64,000 nt of DNA from NCBI GenBank assembly GCA_964291415.2, contig OZ219918.1, positions 416,001-480,000 of the forward strand, given 5' to 3'. The DNA comes from Alphaproteobacteria bacterium. GTDB lineage: Bacteria; Pseudomonadota; Alphaproteobacteria; SP197. A program made the position numbers and the translations under genes. Numbering within the stretch: the stretch's first letter is position 1; the number at the start of each line of letters is the position of its first letter. The notes below the pieces were generated by a model. The model was not told where the DNA came from. It did not search any database and was given only the letters and a program-made list of their open reading frames with translations. This document shows positions 20,114 through 30,681 of this stretch, piece by piece.

Positions 20114-22499
20114 CCACGGCGCGGGCTCCGCCTTCATCGCGCGGCGGCTGGTTCTGGCCCGCCTGGCGCTGGTCTGGGAGGATCTCGTCATCCGGTCCTG
20201 GCGCGCTGCGTCCCTCGTCATTCTCTTCCTGGGACTCGTCCTGCTCGGAGTCGTGTCATCGCTCCCCGGGATTCTCCACATCGCCTTTCTCGTTTTCTTC
20301 GGCGTTGCCACGCCTCTGGTCCTGTGGCGGGATTTCCGGGGATTTGCCTGGCCTGCGGAAGGGCATGTGCGACGCCGTCTCGAAACCGGCAGTGATGTGC
20401 CGCACAGACCCTTGATGGCGCTCGACGATATCTACGCGGGCGATCTCCAGGACGGGGCGAGTCAGGCGCTGTTCGAGATGCACCGGACGCGGGAAGCCAG
20501 GCGTGTTCGCCTCCTGCGGGTCGGCTGGCCACTCAGCGCGGTGGCCTCTCGCGACCGCTTCGCCCTCAGGTACCTTGCGCTGCTGGTCCTGGCCTGGGGG
20601 GTGATTGCCGGCTGGTCGCAGGCCCGGGCCAACTTCACCGCTCTGTTGCAGCCAGGGTACTCTGTGAGCGGAAGTGCTGATGCCGCCGGCGAGGCGACAT
20701 TCTGGATCACGCCTCCGGCCTACACCGACGTCGCTCCCATCTGGTTCGAGCAGAACGCAGAGGACCACCCGGTGGCAGTGCCCGTCGGCAGTGAACTGGT
20801 GGTGCAGGTCCGCGGCGGCTCCGGTACTCCGGTGCTGACCGTCGATGACTGGGCATTCGACTTCACCAACGCCGGAGAAGAGAACTGGCAGATCACCCAT
20901 GTGCTGGACAATGGCACACGGTTCTCGATCATCCAGTCCGGCATTGTGCTGGATGGGCGAACGATCACCTTCATCGCCGACGAACCGCCCCAGGTCGCCC
21001 TCACGGCGGAGCCCGCCGAGACGCTGCGGACGGGGCTGCGTCTCGATGTTGCCGCCAGCGACGACTACGGCCTCGTCGCCATCACGGGCGAGATACGCCG
21101 TCCGGGCGGTGCCGACGACGACGTGCTGCGGATATCCGTGCCGCTGGCGCAGCCGGGAATCCGCACCGTGTCGGGCCCCGCCTTCTATAACCTCATGGCG
21201 CATCCATGGGCGGGGCACGATGTGGAACTGGTTCTGATCGCCACGGACGAAATCGGCCAGAGCAGTGCGAGCGTCCGTCATGCCTTCGAGTTGCCGGAGC
21301 GCTTTTTCCATCACCCGGTGGCACGCGAGATCGCGAAGCAGCGCAAGGCCTTCGCGGTCGACCGGGACCTGGCAGACGAGACGGCCTCGGTGTTGCACCG
21401 GCTTTCACGAGAACCGGAAGCCTACCTTTCGGAGATCGATGTTCACCTGGCGCTGGTCACAGGCGCCCTGCGCCTCGATTACAGCGCCGGTCGGGAATCG
21501 ACAGCCGACGACGTGATCGGGCTGATGTGGGAAACGGCGCTTGCCATCGAAGAGGGCCCGCTGGCTTTCGCTGAGCAGCGGGTGCGCGATCTGCAGCAGC
21601 AGATTCTCAAGGCCCTCAGCGACGGCGCGCCGGATGCAGAGATCGAACGTCTGCTCGCGGAACTGCGCAACGCCATGGACGACTACATGCGCGCCCTTTC
21701 GAACAGACTGCGTTCGGATCCAGGAGAGCTGTTCGACCCCACCGAGGCGTTGAAAGCGGTCGGCAGCCGAGAACTGACCGATCTCGTGGACAGGATAACC
21801 GAACTGGTGCGCACCGGTTCGCGCCAGCAGGCCCGGACCTTGTTGACGCGTCTCCAGGAGATCATGGAAAGCATCTCCGTGGGCAATCTCAGCGATCTTT
21901 CGGGAAGTTCGTCTGCCGAAGCCGTGGAATTGATCCAGACCATCCGTCAGATCATCAGCGAGCAGCAGCAACTGCTGGACGAGAGTTTCAGGATTCTGCG
22001 CGATGTCGGAGAAGAGGATATCGACACGACGTCGCAGGCCGGACGCCAGGCTGACGTGAGGGATGTGCTCGAGAGTTTCATGGAGCGCATGGAAGAGTTC
22101 GGCTACGACGTGCCCCGCCACTACAACCGGGCCCACCGCTCGATGCGCCGCGCTGTGCGCCAACTCAACGCCAACCGTCCGGGGCATGCGGTCGACCACC
22201 AGACAGAAGCGGTCGATTTCCTCAAGGAAGGCGCCGGCGACATGATGGCACAGATTCTCGATCTCCTCGGGGAAGGCGTGGCAGGAGACTCCCAGGGATT
22301 CTTTTCCGCTCCCAGGGACCCGATTGGCCGCAGTCTCGGCAACTCAATCGGTTCCGCCACCGACGATATCAACATTCCCGACAAGGGATCCCTCATCCGC
22401 GTTCGCCAGATACTTGAGGAGTTGAAACGTCGCGCCGCCGAACAGCACAGGCCCCAGGAGGAGCAGGAGTACCTCCGCCGCCTGCTCAGGCGGTTCTGA
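20097..22499 (+). CDS. DUF4175 / TIGR02302-family membrane coiled-coil protein
   Basis: LVWE..W N-terminal transmembrane segments; WITPPAYT; DDYG; C-terminal RDPIGR...EYLRRLL; usual position after lysA. Confidence 0.85.
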   Translation: MTPSSDHGAGSAFIARRLVLARLALVWEDLVIRSWRAASLVILFLGLVLLGVVSSLPGILHIAFLVFFGVATPLVLWRDFRGFAWPAEGHVRRRLETGSDVPHRPLMALDDIYAGDLQDGASQALFEMHRTREARRVRLLRVGWPLSAVASRDRFALRYLALLVLAWGVIAGWSQARANFTALLQPGYSVSGSADAAGEATFWITPPAYTDVAPIWFEQNAEDHPVAVPVGSELVVQVRGGSGTPVLTVDDWAFDFTNAGEENWQITHVLDNGTRFSIIQSGIVLDGRTITFIADEPPQVALTAEPAETLRTGLRLDVAASDDYGLVAITGEIRRPGGADDDVLRISVPLAQPGIRTVSGPAFYNLMAHPWAGHDVELVLIATDEIGQSSASVRHAFELPERFFHHPVAREIAKQRKAFAVDRDLADETASVLHRLSREPEAYLSEIDVHLALVTGALRLDYSAGRESTADDVIGLMWETALAIEEGPLAFAEQRVRDLQQQILKALSDGAPDAEIERLLAELRNAMDDYMRALSNRLRSDPGELFDPTEALKAVGSRELTDLVDRITELVRTGSRQQARTLLTRLQEIMESISVGNLSDLSGSSSAEAVELIQTIRQIISEQQQLLDESFRILRDVGEEDIDTTSQAGRQADVRDVLESFMERMEEFGYDVPRHYNRAHRSMRRAVRQLNANRPGHAVDHQTEAVDFLKEGAGDMMAQILDLLGEGVAGDSQGFFSAPRDPIGRSLGNSIGSATDDINIPDKGSLIRVRQILEELKRRAAEQHRPQEEQEYLRRLLRRF

Positions 22500-22595
22500 C
22501 ATTCCCTCCGCCCAGGGCATGCAGTCGGGTCCGGCACTGTGTTAGTGTCCTGAGGACCTTGCCTCCTCATCGGGCATGAAGCAGGGAAAGTTGAC

Positions 22596-23261
22596 GTGAT
22601 TCGGTTTGAAAACGTCGGTCTGCGCTATGGCAGCGGACCGGAAGTCCTGCACGACATCGATCTCACCCTGGAATCGGGATCCGGCCATTATCTCGTCGGA
22701 CCCACGGGCGCCGGCAAGACTTCGCTCTTGAGCCTGCTCTATCTTGGCCGGCGGCCCACCCGGGGGCTGCTGACCATGTTCGGACAGGATGTGGCAACGG
22801 CAACGCGGAGTGCCCTCACGGGCTTCCGCCGGCGCATCGGCGTCGTTTTCCAAGACTACAACCTACTCGATCATCTCTCCGCATTCGACAACGTCGCGCT
22901 GCCGCTGCGCCTGGTCGGTACGGATCCGGATATGGTGCGCGATCACGTCCACCAGCTGCTGGAATGGGTGGGCCTTGATACCATGGCCGAGGTGAAGCCG
23001 CCCTTCATGTCGGGTGGCGAAAAACAGCGGGTCGCCGTGGCGAGGGCAGTGATCGGCCAGCCGGATGTGCTGCTCGCCGATGAGCCGACAGGCAATCTCG
23101 ACGAGCCGGTGGCAGATCGCCTGATGATGCTCTTCATGGAACTCAATCGCCATGGCACGACCCTGGTGATCGCCACCCACAACACCAGACTTCCGCAGCG
23201 GTTTCCCCATCCGGTCCTCCACCTCAAGGAAGGCTTCCTGAAGGCGGGCCGTCCATGGTGA
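22596..23261 (+). CDS. ftsE: Cell division ATP-binding protein FtsE
   Basis: GPTGAGKT; IGVVFQDYNLL; SGGEKQRVAVARA; LLADEPTGNLD. Confidence 0.92.
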   Translation: MIRFENVGLRYGSGPEVLHDIDLTLESGSGHYLVGPTGAGKTSLLSLLYLGRRPTRGLLTMFGQDVATATRSALTGFRRRIGVVFQDYNLLDHLSAFDNVALPLRLVGTDPDMVRDHVHQLLEWVGLDTMAEVKPPFMSGGEKQRVAVARAVIGQPDVLLADEPTGNLDEPVADRLMMLFMELNRHGTTLVIATHNTRLPQRFPHPVLHLKEGFLKAGRPW

Positions 23262-24142
23262 GGTGGCGACAGCGGCCGCGGGAGGTCCCGCTCGCATCGG
23301 ATCCCTCGTCCAGCTTTGTTCCGACAATCATCGGCGCCATGGTGTTCCTGTCGACCCTTGTGCTCGGGGTGTCGCTGGCCATCGAAGGAGTCGCCGACGG
23401 GTGGCAGATCACCGGTCAGCAGCATCGCGCCACCATCGAGATGTCCCGGGACAGCGCCAGCGAAGAGACGGTCGCCACCTCCATCGAGGTGCTGGCGCAG
23501 TTGCCTGGAATCACCCGGGTCCGCCTGGTCGGCGATGACGAGATTCTCGAGACCATCGAGGCGTGGACGGGTGGCAGGCCCGACCTGGATCTGTTGCCGT
23601 TGCCGGTGCTGATCGAGATCGAAGCCCTGTCGGCCGATGCCCTGAGAAGCGACATCATCGAGCAGATTCTCGAAGAGACCGCCGGCGCCGTCACGGTCTA
23701 TGTCGAACCGCAGTGGCTCCTCGCCGTGCGCAGCACCGTCGGTACCGTTCAGCTGGTGACCGCCCTGATGCTGGTCATCATCGCGCTGATCTCCGTCGTC
23801 TCGATCGTCTACGTCACGCGGACGGCTCTGTCCATACATCAGGACACGATCGAGATCATGCACCAGATCGGAGCCCAGGACAGCTATATCGCAATCCAGT
23901 TCCAGAACCAGTCCCTCCTCCTGGCGTTGATGGGAGGCATACCCGGCAACGTTCTGGCCATCATCATCATGATGATCCTGATGCGCGAATTGCCCGGCAG
24001 TGTGGAAGCTCCCCTGTTGCCGGCGGTCTCCCTCGGGACCCGCGAGTGGATCTTTCTCGGCGCGCTTCCCGTCGTCGCGGCGCTGGTGGCGATGGTGGCC
24101 GCGCGGGTGACGGTGATCACCTCACTGGGTCGCATGCCGTGA
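23255..24142 (+). CDS. ftsX: Cell division permease FtsX
   Basis: One N-terminal and three C-terminal transmembrane segments; IEIMHQIGAQDSYIAIQFQ; follows ftsE. Confidence 0.88.
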   Translation: MVRWRQRPREVPLASDPSSSFVPTIIGAMVFLSTLVLGVSLAIEGVADGWQITGQQHRATIEMSRDSASEETVATSIEVLAQLPGITRVRLVGDDEILETIEAWTGGRPDLDLLPLPVLIEIEALSADALRSDIIEQILEETAGAVTVYVEPQWLLAVRSTVGTVQLVTALMLVIIALISVVSIVYVTRTALSIHQDTIEIMHQIGAQDSYIAIQFQNQSLLLALMGGIPGNVLAIIIMMILMRELPGSVEAPLLPAVSLGTREWIFLGALPVVAALVAMVAARVTVITSLGRMP

Positions 24143-24732
24143 GACGGAGGAGCGCATTGAAGGCGCGGCTTGTCATCGTCCTGGTGGCGATTCTGGTGGC
24201 GATATGGGTTGGCGGCCTGATGCGCTTTGTCACGCAGATCACCCCGGAAACACCGCCGGTGGCAAGCCGGAAGGCGGATGCCATCGTCGTGCTCACGGGA
24301 GGGAGGGAACGGCTGCCCGCCGGGATCGAACTGTTGCAAGAGGGAAAGGCGGATCGCCTTTTCGTCACCGGTGTTCACAGTGGCGTCGATGTTGCCGAGA
24401 TCCTCGATCTGAACAGTCAGGCGCCTACAACCCTGGCCTGCTGCATCGATCTTGGACACGATGCCCGTCATACCGTGGGCAATGTGCGCGAGACAGCGAA
24501 CTGGATGGCGGCGGGAGGGCGTACGTCCATGATCCTTGTGACCGCCAACTATCACATGCCGCGCAGTCTTGTCCTCTTCCACAGGATCATGCCGGCGATC
24601 GATGTCATTCCCTACCCGGTCGTATCAGGAGCGGTGCATCTGGATATCTGGTGGCGCCATCCTCGGACCCTGCTCCTTCTTGCCGGCGAGTACTCCAAGT
24701 ATCTCGTCAGCCTGATCTGGCCTCCCGCATGA
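24139..24732 (+). CDS. YdcF/ElyC/SanA (DUF218) family protein
   Basis: DAIVVLTGG..R; TVGNVRE; LVTANYHMPRS. Confidence 0.88.
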   Translation: MRRRSALKARLVIVLVAILVAIWVGGLMRFVTQITPETPPVASRKADAIVVLTGGRERLPAGIELLQEGKADRLFVTGVHSGVDVAEILDLNSQAPTTLACCIDLGHDARHTVGNVRETANWMAAGGRTSMILVTANYHMPRSLVLFHRIMPAIDVIPYPVVSGAVHLDIWWRHPRTLLLLAGEYSKYLVSLIWPPA

Positions 24733-25457
24733 CCGCCGTCAGATCATGCGCATTTCTCGTGGCGTCGCTTGGTGTCATGGTGTTTCTGGGTCTCGCGATG
24801 TTGCCGGCACTGCTGCTTGCGCGCCGCCTGGCCGCCCGGGTCCCTGTCTGGTTTGCCGGCGTGCAGCTCTTTCTCCTCGACGTGGTGGCCGGACTCAGGC
24901 TTGAGGTGAGGGGCAGGAACAACCTGCCCTGCGGTCCGGCACTGATTGCGGTCAAACATCAGTCGGCCCTGGAAGCCTATGCTCTCGCGCGGCTGTTTCC
25001 GGATGCCTGTTTCGTCATCAAGCAGGAAATCGTTCGTCTTCCGGTTGTCGGCTGGTTCGTTTCGGCCATGGACTGCCTGGCCATTGATCGCCGTGCCGGC
25101 CTTGCCTCGCTGCGCCGGATCATGGGTCACGCGGCAAGGGTCACCGACGAGGGCAGGTGCATCGTGATCTTTCCCGAAGGAACACGCACGGCTCCCGGCG
25201 AAAGGGTCGCCTACCAGCGTGGCGTTGCCGGACTTTATGCCGCGCTGGGTGTGCCGGTGGTTCCGGTGGCGCTCAACTGCGGGGTCTTCTGGCCGCGCCG
25301 GCAGATCAGGAAGAATCCGGGATGCGCCGTCATGGCGTTTCTCGAGGCGATTCCGCCTGCCCTGCCGCGGGAACGTTTCATGGAAGAGCTTGAATCAAGG
25401 ATAGAAAACGGAACCAGCGAGCTCATAGCCGAGGCCAGGGGACAGGGCCGGTGTTGA
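24729..25457 (+). CDS. plsC: 1-acyl-sn-glycerol-3-phosphate acyltransferase
   Basis: KHQSALE; IFPEGTR; PVVPVALN. Confidence 0.85.
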   Translation: MTAVRSCAFLVASLGVMVFLGLAMLPALLLARRLAARVPVWFAGVQLFLLDVVAGLRLEVRGRNNLPCGPALIAVKHQSALEAYALARLFPDACFVIKQEIVRLPVVGWFVSAMDCLAIDRRAGLASLRRIMGHAARVTDEGRCIVIFPEGTRTAPGERVAYQRGVAGLYAALGVPVVPVALNCGVFWPRRQIRKNPGCAVMAFLEAIPPALPRERFMEELESRIENGTSELIAEARGQGRC

Positions 25458-25509
25458 GAGTACATTTCAGGAACGTTATGATGTCACGAGAGCTTGACGA
25501 GATGTCTAG

Positions 25510-27801
25510 ATGAGCGACGCACAATCCCCCATTGCCCTGCAGATCTGGGACATGAAGTACCGTCTCAAGGGCCCCGACGGCACACCGTTGGACGACAATG
25601 TCGAGGCGACCTGGCGACGGGTGGCGAAGTCCTGCGCGTCGGTGGAGGACGCCGGGAACCGGCGCCGAATCGAGGAACAGTTCCTGGAAGCCATGTCGGG
25701 CTACCGCTTCCTGCCTGCCGGCAGGATTCTGGCCGGTGCGGGCACCGAGAGGAATGTCACGCTCTTCAACTGCTTTGTCATGGGGACCATTCCCGACGAC
25801 ATGGGCGGGATCTTCGATCACCTGAAGGAAGCGGCGCTCACCATGCAGGCCGGTGGCGGGATCGGCTACGACTTCTCGACACTGAGGCCGAAGGGTGCCG
25901 CCGTTCGTGGCGTGGGCGCCGACGCCTCCGGGCCGTTGACCTTCATGGATGTCTGGGATTCCATGTGCCGCACCATCATGAGCGCCGGCCATCGGCGCGG
26001 CGCCATGATGGCGACCATGCGCTGCGACCATCCGGACATCGAGGCTTTCATCGACGCCAAGCAGGAAGCCGGGCGGTTGCGCATGTTCAATCTCTCGGTG
26101 CTGGTCAGCGATGCCTTCATGACCGCGGTCCGGCAGGACGATGCATGGAAGCTGACCTTTGACGGGGTCGTCCATGGAACGGTGTCGGCCCGTGCCCTGT
26201 GGGACCGGATCATGCGCAGCACCTATGCCTGTGCGGAGCCCGGCGTCGTCTTCATCGATCGCATCAACCGGCGGAACAACCTGCACTACTGCGAGACCAT
26301 TTCCGCCACCAACCCGTGCGGCGAACAGCCGCTTCCGCCCTATGGCGCCTGTCTGCTGGGATCGCTCAACCTGACGCGCTTCATCGCCGACCCCTTCGGC
26401 GATGAGGCCCGGTTCGATCACGAGGCATTCGCCCGCACCGTTGCGGCGGCGGTGAGGCTGATGGACAACGTCGTCGACGTCTCGCGCTTTCCTCTCGAGG
26501 AACAGCGCCAGGAGGCGGTGGCCAAGCGACGCATCGGTCTGGGCGTCACCGGTCTTGCCGACGCCCTCATCATGATGAAGGCGCATTACGGCGGCGAACG
26601 GGCGGTCACGCTGGCCCGCACCTGGCTTGCAGGCCTGCGCCGCGAGGCCTATCTGGCATCGACACGCCTGGCGAAGGAAAAGGGACCTTTCCCGCTCTTC
26701 GATGCCGAGGCCTATCTGGCGGGAGACACCGTTGCCGGACTCGACCGGGATGTGCGCGAGGCGATCGCCGCCGGCGGCATCCGCAATGCACTGCTGACAT
26801 CGATCGCCCCGACCGGCACCATTTCGCTTTTCGCCGACAACATCTCCTCGGGTCTCGAGCCGGTCTTTGCCTTCTCCTACACGCGCAATGTGCTGATGCC
26901 CGACGGCACCAGGAGGAGCGAGGAGGTCACCGACTATGCGCTCCGCCTGTGGCGCCGGATGCGGGGCGAGTCCGCTCCCTTGCCCGACTACTTCGTGGAC
27001 GCCCAGGGCTTGAGGCCGGCCGACCACATCCGCATGCAGGCGGCGGTCCAGGAGTACATCGACAGCTCGATCTCCAAGACCATAAACGTGCCCGAGGACA
27101 TTGCCTTCGAGGACTTCAAGGATGTCTATCTCGAGGCCTACCGGCTGGGATGCAAGGGATGCACGACCTACCGGCCGAACGACGTCACGGGCGCTGTCCT
27201 CGAGGCGCCCGCAGCCGCGGACGCCGAGCCTTTGCTGCCCCTCGACGAGCCCGGATCCGAAACCCCGGGAGATGCGTTCGAGACGGCCGGCGTCATTCAC
27301 CTGACCCGGCCCCTCGACCGTCCCGAGGTTCTCCCGGGGAGGACCTACAAGCTGCGCTGGCCGGAGAGTGACCATGCGATCTACCTGACCGTGAACGATG
27401 TGGTCAGGAATGGCCGGAGGCGGCCGTTCGAGGTCTTCATCAACTCGAAGAACATGGATCACTATGCCTGGACGCTGGGTCTCACCCGGATGATCTCGGC
27501 GGTGTTCCGCCGTGGTGGTGATGTGAGCTTCGTGGTCGAGGAACTGAAGGCGGTGTTCGATCCGCGCGGCGGCTCATGGATGGACGGCCGCTACGTGCCC
27601 TCGCTGCTGGCCGCCATCGGCGATGTTCTCGAGACCCACATGACCAACATCGGTTTCATCAGCGATTCGGGAGAGAGCATCGGCTCCGTCGGCGAACCGC
27701 TTCGCCGCTCCGCCAGTTGTCCGCGATGCGGCCTTCCCGGTCTCATCCATCAGGAGGGGTGCCATCTCTGCACGTCCTGCGGATTCTCCAAGTGCGCCTG
27801 A
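25510..27801 (+). CDS. nrdJ: Adenosylcobalamin-dependent (class II) ribonucleotide reductase with C-terminal TSCPD/Zn-finger region
   Basis: TLFNCFV; ATNPCGEQPL; ACLLGS; IAPTGTIS; SISKTIN; CPRC...CTSCGFSKC. Confidence 0.95.
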   Translation: MSDAQSPIALQIWDMKYRLKGPDGTPLDDNVEATWRRVAKSCASVEDAGNRRRIEEQFLEAMSGYRFLPAGRILAGAGTERNVTLFNCFVMGTIPDDMGGIFDHLKEAALTMQAGGGIGYDFSTLRPKGAAVRGVGADASGPLTFMDVWDSMCRTIMSAGHRRGAMMATMRCDHPDIEAFIDAKQEAGRLRMFNLSVLVSDAFMTAVRQDDAWKLTFDGVVHGTVSARALWDRIMRSTYACAEPGVVFIDRINRRNNLHYCETISATNPCGEQPLPPYGACLLGSLNLTRFIADPFGDEARFDHEAFARTVAAAVRLMDNVVDVSRFPLEEQRQEAVAKRRIGLGVTGLADALIMMKAHYGGERAVTLARTWLAGLRREAYLASTRLAKEKGPFPLFDAEAYLAGDTVAGLDRDVREAIAAGGIRNALLTSIAPTGTISLFADNISSGLEPVFAFSYTRNVLMPDGTRRSEEVTDYALRLWRRMRGESAPLPDYFVDAQGLRPADHIRMQAAVQEYIDSSISKTINVPEDIAFEDFKDVYLEAYRLGCKGCTTYRPNDVTGAVLEAPAAADAEPLLPLDEPGSETPGDAFETAGVIHLTRPLDRPEVLPGRTYKLRWPESDHAIYLTVNDVVRNGRRRPFEVFINSKNMDHYAWTLGLTRMISAVFRRGGDVSFVVEELKAVFDPRGGSWMDGRYVPSLLAAIGDVLETHMTNIGFISDSGESIGSVGEPLRRSASCPRCGLPGLIHQEGCHLCTSCGFSKCA

Positions 27802-27810
27802 CGGCAGGAG

Positions 27811-28548
27811 TCAGGGCTTGCGGGCCGAAAAGATCGCGTGTCCGGCCACAAGCCAGTGGAGGTCGACATCCACCAGGCCGGCTTCCTCCAGCCATTTGAG
27901 CTGTTCGAAGAGACCGGATGGCATGTCGACCGGATCGGCTTCGGGATCGCTGTAGTAGTTCCAGCCGTCCTCGCGGAAGAAGTGCAGCATCTTCTCGTTG
28001 CCATCGAGACGGATAGCTCTTTCCCTGACGCCGTCATCCCAGTGACGCTCCCACAGGGTGAGACCTTCCCGGCGCCGCGCCTCGACGAGATCGCAGATGA
28101 CGATCACGCCGCCCGGTGCAAGGGCCGCCGCGAGATCCTTGAACAAGGAGGCCTTTCCCGGTCCATCGAGGTGGTGGACGGCAAGCGATGACACGAAGGC
28201 ATGGACCTGGCGGTCGAATTGCCGCCAGCCTGAATCGGCAATGTCCATGAAGGACGTTGTCCAGGAGGCCCCGGTCTTGCCGAGTCGCCTGCCTGTTGCC
28301 TCGAGCATGGCCGATGAGCCATCAAGCGCCAAAATATGACATTGGCTGAATCGTCGGGCCAGGGCCGATGCGAGAAGACCTTCACCGCAGCAGATGTCGA
28401 CAATCAGGGAGTTTTCCTGTGGCGTGGGAATGACGCTGCAAATTGTGTCAATCTGTGTTTCCCGCTCGGGCACAAAATAGGCGCCGTAGTCGATGAAGTG
28501 GCGTGAATCGTCCTCGTTCCAGCCTTCCTTGGTGTCACTGTCTGTCAT
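27811..28548 (-). CDS. Class I SAM-dependent methyltransferase
   Basis: VDICCGEG motif I; LDGSSAML; SSLAVHHL; LAPGGVIVICD. Confidence 0.88.
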   Translation of the reverse strand: MTDSDTKEGWNEDDSRHFIDYGAYFVPERETQIDTICSVIPTPQENSLIVDICCGEGLLASALARRFSQCHILALDGSSAMLEATGRRLGKTGASWTTSFMDIADSGWRQFDRQVHAFVSSLAVHHLDGPGKASLFKDLAAALAPGGVIVICDLVEARRREGLTLWERHWDDGVRERAIRLDGNEKMLHFFREDGWNYYSDPEADPVDMPSGLFEQLKWLEEAGLVDVDLHWLVAGHAIFSARKP

Positions 28549-28703
28549 CTGTCGAACTCCAACATCAATTGGACGCGGAACCTACCATACTTTCCCAAAT
28601 GAATTCCTTCTCCCCGCACAAAGGGATTGACGTTTGGGCACCCCGGCCTTAGTGATTATTGGAACATACCGGAATCTCGAGGCAAACGGGAAAGGGAGTC
28701 CAC

Positions 28704-29612
28704 GTGAGCAACGCCAAGATTGCAGAGGCCCTGGTGCTGATTAACCGGGAAATTGCATCCGAAGAGGAAAGGCGCCAGACATTGCTGGCCGAAGCCGAGA
28801 CGGTCGGAAAATCGATCGAGGACATGCAAAAGGCGGCACAAAGCCTGGAAGCGCTGATCGGCGATGCCGTTGCGGAACGCCAGCCGGCGAGGAGGGGCAG
28901 GCGTCCTGCCGGGAAAACCGGCAAGACTCCTTCTGGAAAGGGCCGGGGTCGCAAGGCCACCGGAAAGACCACCGGAGGACATGCCAGGGTTGCACCCGCA
29001 AAGGTGCTTGCCGCGATTTCCAATTCCGGACAATACGGCGTCAAGCGTTCAGCGCTGAGCCGATTGCTCGCCAATCGCAAGGGCGACGAGCCGGCTCGCA
29101 AGGCGCTTGACGACGTTCTTCAGTCACTTCTGTCGGAAATGAGCATTCGCCGCGAGGGCTACCGCTTCGTGGCCGTCGGGGGACCTGCGCCCGAGACCGT
29201 TCAGGCGGAATCCGAAACCCCTTCGGATGACGGTGTGGCATCGATTGTTGAGAATTCGGCAACCGAATCGGTGGTGGCGCAGTCCGGGGGCGACTCGATT
29301 CCCTTCGAGGAAGATCCGGCGGCAGGTGAAACCGATGAACCGGAATCGACCGCATCGGCGGCGCCATCGGGAAGCGGCAGACGTGGACGTCCCCGCAAGC
29401 CTGTTTCCGACGAGGTTGCGCGAGCGATGGCCGAGGTTGCCGGCGTCATTGCCGGGGCCGGAGAAACGGGCTGCAAAATGTCCGCCATTCGTGCAGGCGT
29501 TGAACAGGCGACCGGTGTGTCGCTTTCCGGAGCCGAAGCGAAACGGGCTGTCAAGGACCTCCTGCAGGAGGGCAGGATACGCCGCGACAAGTATCGATAC
29601 GTCGCCAACTGA
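28704..29612 (+). CDS. Hypothetical protein, possibly DNA-binding (coiled coil, basic linkers, two winged-helix-like repeats)
   Basis: GTG start after a GGGAG RBS; K/R-rich linkers including RRGRPRKP; two domains ending IRREGYRFVA and IRRDKYRYVA. Confidence 0.7.
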   Translation: MSNAKIAEALVLINREIASEEERRQTLLAEAETVGKSIEDMQKAAQSLEALIGDAVAERQPARRGRRPAGKTGKTPSGKGRGRKATGKTTGGHARVAPAKVLAAISNSGQYGVKRSALSRLLANRKGDEPARKALDDVLQSLLSEMSIRREGYRFVAVGGPAPETVQAESETPSDDGVASIVENSATESVVAQSGGDSIPFEEDPAAGETDEPESTASAAPSGSGRRGRPRKPVSDEVARAMAEVAGVIAGAGETGCKMSAIRAGVEQATGVSLSGAEAKRAVKDLLQEGRIRRDKYRYVAN

Positions 29613-29637
29613 AAACGGCGTTGTCGCCGCATTGCAT

Positions 29638-30654
29638 TCAGGCCGACGGTACCGGCACCCCGATTTTGCGGGCGGCATCGACGAGGCCTTGCCAGACTTC
29701 CGAATGAAGTTCGATGCCGGAGGTCCGTTTCCGGTACTCGCTTTCCCTTTCGGGATCTCCCGGAACCCGCACCCGATCGATACCGGGTGCGGGTGGTGAA
29801 GCACGCAGGTTTTCGACAACGGCCCGAGCGTTTTCGTCATAGTGTTCGGTTGAACAGAAGACATCGGTGGCAATGGCGACAACGAGCCAATTGAATTCGA
29901 ATGCCGGACCGAGCATGGCGGCGCCGACAATTTCGCCAATAACGGCCAGACCGTAACCCTTGTGGCCGCCGGCCGGGAGCAGGGCTCCGCCGTTGTCATA
30001 GTCGTCGATCTTCGTGGTGGGATAGCCGTCGCGGTCGCTCAGCCAGCCTTCTGGAACCTCCTCACCGGTTTGCCGGCGCAGGCGAATCTTGCCGTTTGCC
30101 ACGACGCAGGTGGCAAAGTCCGCTGACACGGGGCCGTCGCCGCCAGCCGGCATGGCGAGAGCCCAGGGGTTGGTCGACAACATGCCGCCGCGACCTCCAT
30201 GAGCTGCCACCATGCGCCAGCGCTCCCGCCCGCCACCTCCGCAGATCATGGCCAGCAAGCCGTGACGGGCCAGGCGTTCGGCATAGGCTCCCATGCGCCC
30301 GGTGTGGGCGACATTGACGATACCCGCCGCCATCACTGGCTGGTGACATCCCATGTCGATCAATTCATCGACCGCCCGTTCCATGGCGATAATGCCAAGT
30401 CCGCTGCCGCCGTCGACTCGCACCATCGAAGGCGCGGGCCGTGTCACGGTGATGTCGGCCACCGGTTTGGCGCTGCGGTTCTCGAAGAACGAGAGATAGT
30501 AGGGAACCCTGTTGACGCCATGCGAGACGACATCCTTGAGTTCGGCGTCAACGAGATGGGCGGCAACGGCGTATGCGTCGCCGTCACGCATGCCACCGGT
30601 CACGAGGATGTCCCTGCAAAAGTCCCTCAGGACATCCGCATCCAGCGTCGGCAT
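29638..30654 (-). CDS. Ldh_2 family oxidoreductase (malate/L-lactate/ureidoglycolate dehydrogenase-like)
   Basis: SHGVNRV; HTGRMG; TNPWALAMP; GGHKGYGL; VRVPGD. Confidence 0.9.
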   Translation of the reverse strand: MPTLDADVLRDFCRDILVTGGMRDGDAYAVAAHLVDAELKDVVSHGVNRVPYYLSFFENRSAKPVADITVTRPAPSMVRVDGGSGLGIIAMERAVDELIDMGCHQPVMAAGIVNVAHTGRMGAYAERLARHGLLAMICGGGGRERWRMVAAHGGRGGMLSTNPWALAMPAGGDGPVSADFATCVVANGKIRLRRQTGEEVPEGWLSDRDGYPTTKIDDYDNGGALLPAGGHKGYGLAVIGEIVGAAMLGPAFEFNWLVVAIATDVFCSTEHYDENARAVVENLRASPPAPGIDRVRVPGDPERESEYRKRTSGIELHSEVWQGLVDAARKIGVPVPSA

Positions 30655-30681
30655 GGCCCCGGTTCTCCGGGCGTAGCGGGA

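Noticed and set aside
25480-25510. NrdR box or cobalamin riboswitch upstream of nrdJ
   Set aside because: Only a partial match to the NrdR consensus, and the 52-nt spacer is too short for a riboswitch
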